DNA of 64,000 nt from an uncultured Gemmatimonadales bacterium. Lineage in GTDB: Bacteria > Gemmatimonadota > Gemmatimonadetes > Gemmatimonadales > Gemmatimonadaceae. The notes under the pieces were generated by a model that ran no database searches, was not told the DNA's origin, and worked only from the letters and a program-made list of their open reading frames with translations. Made by a program: the position numbers and the translations under genes. The stretch is taken from positions 249,612 to 313,611 of the forward strand of contig CAWKNZ010000005.1 of NCBI GenBank assembly GCA_963851265.1, given 5' to 3'. Within the stretch, counting starts at the first letter, position 1. Every line of letters begins with the position of its first letter. This document shows positions 34,865 to 46,882 of this stretch, piece after piece.

Positions 34865-35332
34865 ATGAAGCCGCGTTCGAAGTTCCTCGCCGGCGGCCTG
34901 CTGATCCTGGGCGGCGCCGGGGTGCTGATGGCGAGCTCCATCAAGGAGACCGGCCAGTATTACCTGACGCCGGCCGAGCTCGGCGGCAAGGTCGCCGCGG
35001 ACGCCTCGTTCCGCGAGAACGGTGTGAAGGTTGGCGCGCGCGTCGTGCCTGGCTCCATCGTGCGCGACCCCGGCGGCCGGTCGCTCACCTTCCGGATGAC
35101 GGACGGCGCACAGACCTACGCGGTCGCATACCGCGGCATCGCGCCCGACACGTTCACCGACGGCGTCGACGTGATCGTCGAGGGCCGGCTCGGTGCGGAC
35201 AACACCTTCCGCGCGACCACCCTCCTCGCGAAGTGTGCGTCGCGGTACGAGAACGCGCCCGACAAGTACAAGAGCGCGCCCGGCTACCGGGCGCCCGCAA
35301 CGACGGCGACGGCCAGCACCGCCAGCCTCTGA
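34865..35332 (+). CDS. ccmE: Cytochrome c maturation heme chaperone CcmE (Cys-type)
   Basis: N-terminal TM, YYLTP, Y.GI.PDTF, V.VEG, LLAKCASRY. Confidence 0.9.
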   Translation: MKPRSKFLAGGLLILGGAGVLMASSIKETGQYYLTPAELGGKVAADASFRENGVKVGARVVPGSIVRDPGGRSLTFRMTDGAQTYAVAYRGIAPDTFTDGVDVIVEGRLGADNTFRATTLLAKCASRYENAPDKYKSAPGYRAPATTATASTASL

Positions 35333-35361
35333 TCGCCGGTCCCTGACCTCACGAGCTCTCC

Positions 35362-37452
35362 ATGGGCAGTAGCATCGCGTCGAGCCTGATCCTGCTCGGC
35401 GAAGTCGCGCTCTGGGTCGCCATGCTCATGGCCGCCTGGAGCGCGACCGTTTCGTTCGCCGGCGCCGCGCAGGGCCGCGCGGACCTCGTGCGGAGCGGTG
35501 AACGCGCCGTGTACGCCACCGCTGGCTTCGTCGTCCTCGCCAGCGTCGGCCTCTGGACCGCGCTCTTCACCCACGACTTCTCGATCAAGTTCGTCGCGAG
35601 CTACACGAGCGCGAACCTGCCCAAGATTTACACGTTCACCGCGTTCTGGGCGGGACAGGCGGGGTCGCTGCTCTTCTGGTGCCTCATCCTGTCGCTCTAC
35701 TCGGCCGCCGCGGTGTTCACCGGCCGCGGCGAGCGCACGCGCGCGTTCATGCCGTACGTGGCCGGCACGCTCGGCGTCGTGACGCTGTTCTTCCTGCTCA
35801 CGCTCTGTTTCGGCGCCAACCCGTTCGAGCGCCTCGACTGGATCCCGCCCGACGGCCGCGGAATGAACCCGCAGCTGCAGAACCCGGGTATGGCGATCCA
35901 TCCGCCCATGCTGTACCTGGGCTACGTCGCGACGGCGATCCCCTTCGCCTACGCCGTGGCAGCCCTCGCGACGCGCCGGCTCAACGCGGACTGGCTCGCG
36001 CCCGTCCGCCGCTGGTCGCTCCTCTCCTGGTTCTTCCTCACCGTCGGCATCACCCTCGGCATGTGGTGGGCGTACGTCGAGCTGGGGTGGGGCGGGTACT
36101 GGGCCTGGGATCCGGTCGAGAACGCGTCGCTGATGCCGTGGCTCACGGGCACCGCGTTCCTGCATTCGATCATGATTCAGGAGAAGCGCGGGATGCTCCG
36201 CAAGTGGAACGTGACGCTCGTCGTCTCGACGTTCCTCCTCGCCATCCTCGGCACGTTCATCACCCGCTCGGGCGTGATTCAGAGCGTGCACTCGTTCGCG
36301 CAGTCGCCGGTCGGGACGTGGTTCGCCGGCTTCCTCGGCGTGAGCCTCGCCGTGACCGCGTGGCTCGTCGCGACGCGGATCAAGGACCTCGAGAGCCAGG
36401 CCGAACTCGAGAGCATGGTCAGCCGCGAGGCGGCCTTCCTGTACAACAACCTCGTGCTCGTCGGGATCGCGTTTTCCGTGCTCTGGGGCACGCTCTTCCC
36501 GATCCTGAGCGAGTGGGTGCGGGGCGAGAAGATCACGGTCGGTCCGCCGTTCTTCAACACGGTCAACATCCCGCTCGGGCTGCTCCTGCTCGCGCTCACC
36601 GGCGTCGGGCCGCTGATCGCGTGGCGGCGCGCATCGGTCGCCAACATCCGCCGCCAGTTCGTCATCCCCGGGATTGCGGGCGCGGCGACCGGCGTGCTGC
36701 TCGTGATGTTCGGCATGCGCGACTTCTACGCGGTGGTCTGCTACACGCTCGCCGGCTTCGTCTTCGGGACCATCGGGCAGGAGTTCTGGAAGGGCACCGC
36801 GGCCCGCATGCGCATGTACGGCGAGAACATCGCCGTCGCGCTCACGCGCCTCGTCGCCAAGAACCGCCGCCGCTACGGCGGCTACGTCGTGCACTTCGGC
36901 ATGGTGACGATGTTCGCCGCCTTCGCCGGCCTCGCGTTCAAGAAGGAGAACGACGTCACGCTCCGCACCGGCGAGACCTTCCGCACCCGCGACCCGTGGG
37001 GCCACGCCTGGGCGTTCACGAGCCAGGGCGTGTCGCAGTTCAAGACGCTCAACCGCTACGTCACCGCCGTCGCCCTCGACGCGGTGCGCGACGGCAAGCG
37101 CGTGGGGATCATCACCACCGAGAAACGGCAGCACGTCGACAGCCAGGACCAGCCGACATTCGAGCCGTCCACCGAAGTCGGCATCATGGAAGGCGCCAAG
37201 CAGGACACCTACGTCGTACTCGCGGGCATCACCGGCACCGACCGCGCGGAGCTGCGCATCACCTTCAACCCGCTCGTGATCTGGGTGTGGTTCGGCGGGA
37301 TGGTGATGGCCATCGGCGGCCTGATCGTGATGTGGCCGCAGGCCGAGCGTCGGCGCGTGCAGAGCGGGTACGCGGCGCCGATTCCGTCGGCGACGGTGGG
37401 AGCCCCGCGCCCGGTGTTGGAGCCGGCGATGGCGATGGGGACGCAGTCGTGA
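35362..37452 (+). CDS. ccmF: Cytochrome c heme lyase CcmF
   Basis: NPQLQ, HPPMLYLGY, WAYVELGWGGYWAWDPVENAS, SVHSFA. Confidence 0.95.
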   Translation: MGSSIASSLILLGEVALWVAMLMAAWSATVSFAGAAQGRADLVRSGERAVYATAGFVVLASVGLWTALFTHDFSIKFVASYTSANLPKIYTFTAFWAGQAGSLLFWCLILSLYSAAAVFTGRGERTRAFMPYVAGTLGVVTLFFLLTLCFGANPFERLDWIPPDGRGMNPQLQNPGMAIHPPMLYLGYVATAIPFAYAVAALATRRLNADWLAPVRRWSLLSWFFLTVGITLGMWWAYVELGWGGYWAWDPVENASLMPWLTGTAFLHSIMIQEKRGMLRKWNVTLVVSTFLLAILGTFITRSGVIQSVHSFAQSPVGTWFAGFLGVSLAVTAWLVATRIKDLESQAELESMVSREAAFLYNNLVLVGIAFSVLWGTLFPILSEWVRGEKITVGPPFFNTVNIPLGLLLLALTGVGPLIAWRRASVANIRRQFVIPGIAGAATGVLLVMFGMRDFYAVVCYTLAGFVFGTIGQEFWKGTAARMRMYGENIAVALTRLVAKNRRRYGGYVVHFGMVTMFAAFAGLAFKKENDVTLRTGETFRTRDPWGHAWAFTSQGVSQFKTLNRYVTAVALDAVRDGKRVGIITTEKRQHVDSQDQPTFEPSTEVGIMEGAKQDTYVVLAGITGTDRAELRITFNPLVIWVWFGGMVMAIGGLIVMWPQAERRRVQSGYAAPIPSATVGAPRPVLEPAMAMGTQS

Positions 37453-38222
37453 GGCGCCGCGACTTCCTCGCCGCGGCCGGCGTCGCCGCGTTGGGCAGCA
37501 CGCGGATCGCCCGCGCGGCCGGGGCCCAGCAGCGCCAGATCCCGGTCGCCCAGCAGGCGCCGGACGGAGGGGCCACTCCGCGCGATTCCGCCGGCGCGCC
37601 GCCCGCGCCCAACGCCGCCGACGGCGCCGCAGGCACGCCGTCCAGCGCGTCCAACGTGCCGATGGACCCCAGCGCCTACAAGGCGGTGGGTCGACCGCCC
37701 AAGCCCAACGCGACGCCGCTGCTCACGGCCGAGCAGCGCGACGCGCTCGAGCACCGCATCAAGTGCCAGTGCCCGTGTACGCTCGACGTCTACACGTGCC
37801 GCACCACCGACTTCAGCTGCGGCGTCTCGCCCGCGATGCACGGCGACGTGCAGCAGCTCGTGGCCGGGGGTTACTCGGGCGACGAGATCCTCGCCGCGTT
37901 CACGCAGACCTACGGCGACCGCGTGCTGATGTCCCCGCCCAAGGTCGGCTTCAACCTCGCCGGCTACTTCGCACCGATGGCGGTCCTCGGCACCGGCACG
38001 GTGGTCGTGGCGTCGCTCATGCGCCGGTGGAGCACGCGCGCTGCCGCCGTCGCGGCCGCCAACGCCGGCCGCGCGTCGGCCCAGCCCGCGCCGCTCTCCC
38101 ACGCGCGCGCGGACCGCGGCGACCCGGTGTCGTACAGCGCGGCCGACGCCGCCGCGCTCGGCGCCACCCCGGAGGAGCTCGCGCGACTCGAAGCGGCGGT
38201 GCGCGGCGAGCCGCGCACCTGA
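37449..38222 (+). CDS. ccmH: CcmH-like cytochrome c biogenesis protein
   Basis: GTG overlapping the ccmF stop; RRRDFL leader; IKCQCPC...YG.RVL..PP then a TM helix. Confidence 0.75.
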   Translation: MRRRDFLAAAGVAALGSTRIARAAGAQQRQIPVAQQAPDGGATPRDSAGAPPAPNAADGAAGTPSSASNVPMDPSAYKAVGRPPKPNATPLLTAEQRDALEHRIKCQCPCTLDVYTCRTTDFSCGVSPAMHGDVQQLVAGGYSGDEILAAFTQTYGDRVLMSPPKVGFNLAGYFAPMAVLGTGTVVVASLMRRWSTRAAAVAAANAGRASAQPAPLSHARADRGDPVSYSAADAAALGATPEELARLEAAVRGEPRT

Positions 38223-38872
38223 TGGCCGTCCCGACCGGCACCCTGGCGTTAGGCGCGGGGACCGCCCTCGCCCTCGGCGCCGCCCTCGTCGTGCTCGGCC
38301 CGCTCTGGGCCGAGGACGCCGATGCGCCCCTCGCCCCGCTCCCGCCCGACCCCTCGCGCATCGCCCTCGGCCCCGCCGCCGCGTCGATCGAGGGCGTGAG
38401 CGCGGTCGAGGCCCTGCGCGAGATCGAGTTCGACCGCGCCACGGGCAAGCTCTCCGACGACGACTACGCCGAGCTCAAGGCGACCTACACGCGCGAGGCG
38501 CTCGCCGAGATGCGCGCGGCCGCCGAGGGCACCACCATCACGGCGCCGAGCGCGACGGACCCCGTCGAAGCCGCACTCGCCGACTACCGCGCGCGCCACG
38601 CCGCACCCGTGGCGCACGTTCACGTGGTGCCGGGCAGTTGCTTCGTCTGCGGCCCGCGCCCCGAGTCGGACGCGACCTTCTGCTCCAACTGCGGCCGCTA
38701 CCTGGCCGCCGAGTGCCCGGCCTGCCACGCGCCGGCGCTGCGCGAGGCGCAGCGCTACTGCGAGGCGTGTGGCACCTCCTTCGCTCCCGAGGCGGCCGAC
38801 CCGCCGCCCGTCCCGGCCGGCGCCGGCTCCCTCGCGCCGCGACCGGCCGCGGCAGCCCCGCAACCCACGTAG
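38222..38872 (+). CDS. Membrane-anchored double zinc-ribbon protein (CcmI N-terminus-like)
   Basis: N-terminal TM, LREIEFD.ATGKLS..DY, four CxxC pairs. Confidence 0.7.
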   Translation: MAVPTGTLALGAGTALALGAALVVLGPLWAEDADAPLAPLPPDPSRIALGPAAASIEGVSAVEALREIEFDRATGKLSDDDYAELKATYTREALAEMRAAAEGTTITAPSATDPVEAALADYRARHAAPVAHVHVVPGSCFVCGPRPESDATFCSNCGRYLAAECPACHAPALREAQRYCEACGTSFAPEAADPPPVPAGAGSLAPRPAAAAPQPT

Positions 38873-39112
38873 CCCAACGGCGGTGCTCGGCGCGGGGCGG
38901 CGGGGCGGGGCCGCAGGCGAGCCTGCAAACGCGCCCACGGTGCCCTGTCCGCGCCACCAGCGCACGCGCGCATCTGCCCGCGAGCCGGAGCGCCCCGCCC
39001 CGCCGCCCCCGCAGCGCGAAGACCCCGAACAAACCCCGACCCGCGCGCTTGCATCGGCTCGCTCGGACCGTGAGCTTTCCGGGTTCGCCCTTCCCCCCGA
39101 ATCGCCTCGATC

Positions 39113-42082
<2,970 letters not shown>

Positions 42083-42115
42083 CGGCCGCCCGCCGGGCGG
42101 CCCAACCACACACTT

Positions 42116-42790
42116 ATGGTCTCCCTGCTCGACATCATCGGGCCCGTGATGGTCGGCCCGTCCTCGTCGCACACCGCCGGCGCGTGCCGCCTCGGACTGC
42201 TCGCGCGCGGCCTCGTCGGCGGCACCCCCGAACGCGCCGAGATCGAGCTGCACGGCTCGTTCGCGCGCACCGGGGAGGGGCACGGCACCGACAAGGCCAT
42301 CGTCGGCGGCCTGATGGGCTTCCGCCCCGACGACGAGCGGCTGCGCGACGCGCTCGACATCGCCGAGCGCGAGGGCCTCGACTACCAGTTCGAGAAGACC
42401 ACGCTGGGCGAGGAGAACACCGTGCACCCGAACACCGTGCGCCTCACCGTCACGCGCGGCGAGCGGCGGAGCGTGATGACCGGGTCGTCGTTGGGCGCCG
42501 GGCGCGTGCTCGTGACCGAGATCGACGGCTACGCGGTCGAGGTGACGGGCAACTACCACACGATCGTGCTCGTCGCCGGCGACGTGAAGGGCTCGATCGC
42601 GACCATCACGCACCTGCTCTCGGCGTTCGACCTCAACATTGCGACGCTGCGCGTGAGCCGACAGCAGCGCGGCGGCGACGCGTTCATGGTCTACGAGCTG
42701 GACGAGTCGCCCGACGAGCGCGTACGCGACGTGATTCGCGCGCTGCCGTGGGTGAAGTGGGCGTTCCGGCTGGACAAGGTGGGGGCCTGA
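42116..42790 (+). CDS. sdaAB: L-serine dehydratase beta subunit (with ACT domain)
   Basis: GPVMVGPSSSHTAGA, GHGTDKA, HPNT. Confidence 0.93.
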   Translation: MVSLLDIIGPVMVGPSSSHTAGACRLGLLARGLVGGTPERAEIELHGSFARTGEGHGTDKAIVGGLMGFRPDDERLRDALDIAEREGLDYQFEKTTLGEENTVHPNTVRLTVTRGERRSVMTGSSLGAGRVLVTEIDGYAVEVTGNYHTIVLVAGDVKGSIATITHLLSAFDLNIATLRVSRQQRGGDAFMVYELDESPDERVRDVIRALPWVKWAFRLDKVGA

Positions 42791-42793
42791 CCC

Positions 42794-43678
42794 GTGTACC
42801 GCTCGCTTCACGAGGCCGTGCACGACGCAGAATCGCAGGGCACCACGCTCGCCGCGGTCGCGCTCGCGGCGGAGAGTGCCGACGGCGGGCGCACCGTCGC
42901 GGACATCCGTGCGTCGCTTCGCCGGGCCCTCGAGGTCATGCGCGGCGCCGTCTCGCGCGGCCTCGTCGGCGACCTCCGCTCGTCGAGCGGCCTGGTCGGC
43001 GGCGACGCGGCCAAGCTCGTCGACGGACCGCCCGGCCCGCTCGCCGGCACGCCGTTTCGCGACGTGCTCGCCCGCGCGCTCGCGGTGCAGGAGGTCAACG
43101 CGGCCATGGGCGTGATCGTCGCCGCGCCCACCGCGGGCGGCGCGGGCGTGCTGCCGGCCGTGCTCACCGGCCTCGCCGACGCGCGCGGGATTGGGGACGA
43201 GGCGCTCGTCGACGCGCTCGCCACCGCGGGGCTCGTCGGCGCCGTGGTCGCGGATCGCGCGTCGCTCTCGGGCGCGGAGGGCGGCTGCCAGGCCGAGACC
43301 GGTGCGGCCGCGGGCATGGCCGCGGGCGCCGCCACCGAGATGCTCGGCGGCACCCCGCGCCAGGCGTACCACGCCGTCGCGCTCGCGCAGCAGGGCACGC
43401 TGGGCCTCGTCTGCGATCCGTTAGGCGGACTCGTCGAGCTGCCGTGCGTGTTCCGCAACGCGACCGGCGCGGCCATCGCCCTGGCGGCGATCGAGATGGC
43501 GCTGGCCGGCATCGAGTTCGCCATCCCCGCGGACGAGGTGATCGACACGATGGGAGAGATCGGGCGTAACATGGACGTGCGCTACCGTGAGACCGCGGGC
43601 GGCGGACTCGCCGCCACGCCCACCGGGCGGCGGCTCGCCCGCGAGCGCCTCGTCCAGATCCGCCGCTCGCCCGCCTGA
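42794..43678 (+). CDS. sdaAA: L-serine dehydratase alpha subunit (Fe-S)
   Basis: AAPTAG, SGAEGGCQAE, GLVCDPLGGLVELPC, RETA.GGLA. Confidence 0.93.
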   Translation: MYRSLHEAVHDAESQGTTLAAVALAAESADGGRTVADIRASLRRALEVMRGAVSRGLVGDLRSSSGLVGGDAAKLVDGPPGPLAGTPFRDVLARALAVQEVNAAMGVIVAAPTAGGAGVLPAVLTGLADARGIGDEALVDALATAGLVGAVVADRASLSGAEGGCQAETGAAAGMAAGAATEMLGGTPRQAYHAVALAQQGTLGLVCDPLGGLVELPCVFRNATGAAIALAAIEMALAGIEFAIPADEVIDTMGEIGRNMDVRYRETAGGGLAATPTGRRLARERLVQIRRSPA

Positions 43679-43817
43679 GGTCCGAGTCGCGCGACGCCAT
43701 CGCGTGACGCCGGCCCGCGAGGCCCTATCTTCCGCGACGCTCCGGGCGAACGATCCGCGCGAAACGCGGGCGCCGTTCGCGCCGTACGCCCCGGTACCCT
43801 CACCGGCAGGTGCCCGC

Positions 43818-44315
43818 ATGCAATCGCGCGACGATCTCGAACGTTACCTCGACCGCCTGAGCGCCGAAGGCGCCACGGCCACGACCGAAGTGGAGCCGGG
43901 GCTCTGGCGCCTGCACCCGACGGGAGAACTCGACTACGACGTGGTGGTGACCCACGCGCCGCCGGTCGTCGTGCTCCGCGCGAAGGTGATGGAGCTCCCG
44001 CACGACGCCGACGCGATCGCGGCGCTCACGCTACGCCTGCTCGAGCTCAACGCCACCGACCTCCTGCACGGGGCATACGGCGTGGACCGCGGCGCCGTCG
44101 TCCTCACCGAGGCGCTCGAGTTGGCGCACCTCGACTACGAGGAGCTCCGCGCGAGCTACGAGAGCATGACCGTCGCGCTCGCGTCGCACATGCGCGAACT
44201 GGCCAACCTGTGCGACCCGCGGCGGGTCACCGGCGAGTTCGCCGCGCACCGCCGCGCGCCCGACCACACGGCGACCTCCGCGTCGTCCACCACCATGTCC
44301 GCCGAGGCCCGCTGA
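43818..44315 (+). CDS. YbjN/CesT-like chaperone-fold protein
   Basis: Small acidic alpha/beta protein, RLLELNA..L.HGAYG; directly upstream of pspA. Confidence 0.65.
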   Translation: MQSRDDLERYLDRLSAEGATATTEVEPGLWRLHPTGELDYDVVVTHAPPVVVLRAKVMELPHDADAIAALTLRLLELNATDLLHGAYGVDRGAVVLTEALELAHLDYEELRASYESMTVALASHMRELANLCDPRRVTGEFAAHRRAPDHTATSASSTTMSAEAR

Positions 44316-44318
44316 CGC

Positions 44319-45212
44319 ATGGGCATCTTCGACCGCTTCTCCCGGCTCGTCCGGTCCAACATCAACGACCTCATCTCCTCGGCCGAAGACCCCGAGAAGA
44401 TGCTCAACCAGCTGATCGGCGACATGAACGGCCAGCTGGTGAAGGCGAAGCAGCAGGTCGCCGGCGCCATCGCCGACGAGCGCCGCCTCAAGGACCAGGC
44501 CGAGACCGAGGCGCGGCTCTCGAGCGACTGGGAATCGCGCGCGATGCTCGCCGTGAACGAGGGGCGCGACGATCTGGCGCGCCAGGCGCTGCTCCGCCAG
44601 TCGGAGCACGCGGAGCACGCGCGCACCCTCGCCAGTACGTGGGACGCGCACCGCACCGAGACCGAGAAGCTGAAGGCGCAGCTCCGCGAACTCGCCGACA
44701 AGATCGAGGAGGCCAAGCGCAAGAAGAACCTGCTCCTCGCGCGGCAGCGCCGGGCCGAGGCGCAGCAGCGCATCGCGCAGACGATGTCGTCGATCTCCGA
44801 GAAGAGCGCGTTCGAGGCGTTCGCGCGCATGGAGGAAAAGATCGACGCGAACGAGCGCCAGCTCCGCGCCGCCAACGAGATCGACGAGGAATTCACCGGC
44901 GACAAGCTCGCCCGCGAGTTCAAGCAGCTCGAGCGCTCGGCCGGCGGCGCGGACGCCGACAGCCGGCTGCTCGCGCTCAAGCAGAAGATGGGCGTACTGC
45001 CCGCGCCGGTGTCCGCCGCGCTGCCCGCGGGTGACGTCGCGCGCGGCAAGCTGACCGCGGGCAACGGCAGCGCGGCCGCACCCTCCGCAGCCGCGGCGAC
45101 CTCGGTCGCGGTAGGGCGCGCCCAGCCCGCGGGCGCGCCGGGCGCGCCACGCGCCGAGGACGAGTTGCTCGCGGAGTTCGAGGAATTACGCCGCGACCGG
45201 CGTACGACGTGA
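44319..45212 (+). CDS. pspA: PspA/IM30 family protein
   Basis: MGIFDRFSRLVRSNINDL...EDPEKML, coiled coil, AFEAFARMEEKI. Confidence 0.92.
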   Translation: MGIFDRFSRLVRSNINDLISSAEDPEKMLNQLIGDMNGQLVKAKQQVAGAIADERRLKDQAETEARLSSDWESRAMLAVNEGRDDLARQALLRQSEHAEHARTLASTWDAHRTETEKLKAQLRELADKIEEAKRKKNLLLARQRRAEAQQRIAQTMSSISEKSAFEAFARMEEKIDANERQLRAANEIDEEFTGDKLAREFKQLERSAGGADADSRLLALKQKMGVLPAPVSAALPAGDVARGKLTAGNGSAAAPSAAAATSVAVGRAQPAGAPGAPRAEDELLAEFEELRRDRRTT

Positions 45213-46432
45213 TGGCTGACGCCTTCGTCGTCCCCGCGGACGACGGGGCGGCCGCACGCCGCTTCCGGTTTGCGCCGCTGCTCGCGGCGACCGTGCTCAC
45301 CGTCCTGCTGCTCTGGCTGTTCGGGACGGTCGCCGACGTCCTGCTGCTGCTGTTCATCGCGGTACTCGTGTCGCTGTACCTCGGAGCGGTCGCGGACGTG
45401 ATCGAGGGGCGGCTCCGCGTCCCGCGCGGCGGCGCGCTCGCCATCGCGGGCGTGCTCACGCTCGGGGCGATCGCCCTTCTCCTGCTCCTCATCGTCCCGC
45501 CGGTGATCGAGCAGACGCAGGCGTTGGTGCGGGTCCTTCCGCGCTACGTGAACGCGTGGGACGCGGGCATCGACCGCATCGTGCTCCGCGCGCCGGGCCT
45601 GTCGAACGTGTGGCAGCCCGGGCGGCACAACCTCGCGATCACGCTCTACGAGCAGGGCGCGTCGCTGCTGAGCGGGATGCTGCCGCGCGTCTTCTCGATC
45701 GTGCACGCGAGCATCAACGTCGTGTCGGTCGTCGTGATGTCGATCTACCTCTCGCTACGCCCGGTGTTCTACCGTGAGCAGCTCATCGCCTACTTCCCCC
45801 CGGTGCACCGCGGGCTCGTCCGCGACATCCTCGGCGACGTGGCGGGTCAGCTCCGGTCGTGGATCGCCGGCCAGCTCACGGCGATGGTCGTGCTCGCCGT
45901 GCTCACCGCGTTCGGGCTCTACCTGCTCGGCGTGCCGTACTGGCTCACGTTCGGCGTGTTCACCGGCGCCGTGGCCATCGTACCGTTCTTCGGCACGCTC
46001 CTCTCGACCGTGCTGCCGGCCGCGTTCGTCCTGCCGCTGCCGAACGGAGGCACGCGCGCGCTGCTCGTGCTCGGGCTCGGCGTCGTGATCCATCTCATCG
46101 AGGGCAACTTCGTCGGCCCGATGATCGCGTCGCGGCGCGTCGAGATCCCGCCGGTCCTCTCGATCCTTTCGGTACTGATCATCGGCCAGCTGCTCGGCGG
46201 CGTCGGCCTGCTCGTGGCCGTGCCCACCGTCGCCACCCTGCGTGTGATCGTCAATCGCATCCTGCTGCAGCGGATGTACGAAGGGCGCGGCTTCCGGCGC
46301 GCGCCGCGCGACCAGCCGCTCGTGGTGCGCGTGCCTGTCGCGGACGGCGACGGTGTGCTCGTGCCCAACGGGCCGCACGTGGACCTGATCGCCATGGCGG
46401 AACGGCGCGCGGGGGTGGCGGTCGCGGCGTAG
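45212..46432 (+). CDS. AI-2E (UPF0118) family transporter
   Basis: Multi-TM; WIAGQL, IVPFFG, EGNFVGP, GLLVAVP. Confidence 0.88.
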   Translation: MADAFVVPADDGAAARRFRFAPLLAATVLTVLLLWLFGTVADVLLLLFIAVLVSLYLGAVADVIEGRLRVPRGGALAIAGVLTLGAIALLLLLIVPPVIEQTQALVRVLPRYVNAWDAGIDRIVLRAPGLSNVWQPGRHNLAITLYEQGASLLSGMLPRVFSIVHASINVVSVVVMSIYLSLRPVFYREQLIAYFPPVHRGLVRDILGDVAGQLRSWIAGQLTAMVVLAVLTAFGLYLLGVPYWLTFGVFTGAVAIVPFFGTLLSTVLPAAFVLPLPNGGTRALLVLGLGVVIHLIEGNFVGPMIASRRVEIPPVLSILSVLIIGQLLGGVGLLVAVPTVATLRVIVNRILLQRMYEGRGFRRAPRDQPLVVRVPVADGDGVLVPNGPHVDLIAMAERRAGVAVAA

Positions 46433-46476
46433 GACGTCTCGGGCACGCCCGCTTCGGTCTGGATTCGGTTTTTGTT

Positions 46477-46492
46477 CGGCACGAGTCCTGCA
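46477..46492 (+). promoter_or_regulatory. Candidate sigma54 -24/-12 promoter
   Basis: CGGCACGAGTCCTGCA (GG-N10-GC) about 50 nt upstream of the DUF3072 gene. Confidence 0.5.
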
Positions 46493-46540
46493 CTGTTTCG
46501 GGTCGCTAGCTGATTCGATCCCTCACCGGAGACGAGCCCC

Positions 46541-46771
46541 ATGACCGATAAAGCGACCGCCGCGAACGCCGACCAGAGCAACACGATCAAGGACCCGGAC
46601 ACCTGGACCACTGGCGATCAGCCGATGACCGGTGCCCAGAAGTCGTACCTGCACACCCTCGCCGAAGAAGCGCACGAGGACGTCGACGACAACCTCACCA
46701 AGGCCGAGGCGTCGAAGAAGATCGACGAACTGCAGAGCGAGACCGGGCGCGGCACGACGAAGGGCAAGTAA
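46541..46771 (+). CDS. DUF3072-family small protein
   Basis: KDPDTWTTGDQPMTGAQKSYL.TL...LTKAEASKKIDEL; GGAG RBS. Confidence 0.85.
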   Translation: MTDKATAANADQSNTIKDPDTWTTGDQPMTGAQKSYLHTLAEEAHEDVDDNLTKAEASKKIDELQSETGRGTTKGK

Positions 46772-46836
46772 GGCGAATGGGTCGCGCGCGAACGCGTGCT
46801 GCGCGAACGCGTGTTGCGTCGCGCGATTTGACCCGT

Positions 46837-46872
46837 TGCGGGGAGGCGGCCTAGACTTGCCGCCTCCCCGCA
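46837..46872. promoter_or_regulatory. Perfect 14-bp inverted repeat overlapping the predicted cysS promoter
   Basis: TGCGGGGAGGCGGC-CTAGACTT-GCCGCCTCCCCGCA; TTGACC (46828)-N18-TAGACT (46852). Confidence 0.6.
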
Positions 46873-46882
46873 CTCGTGTTCG

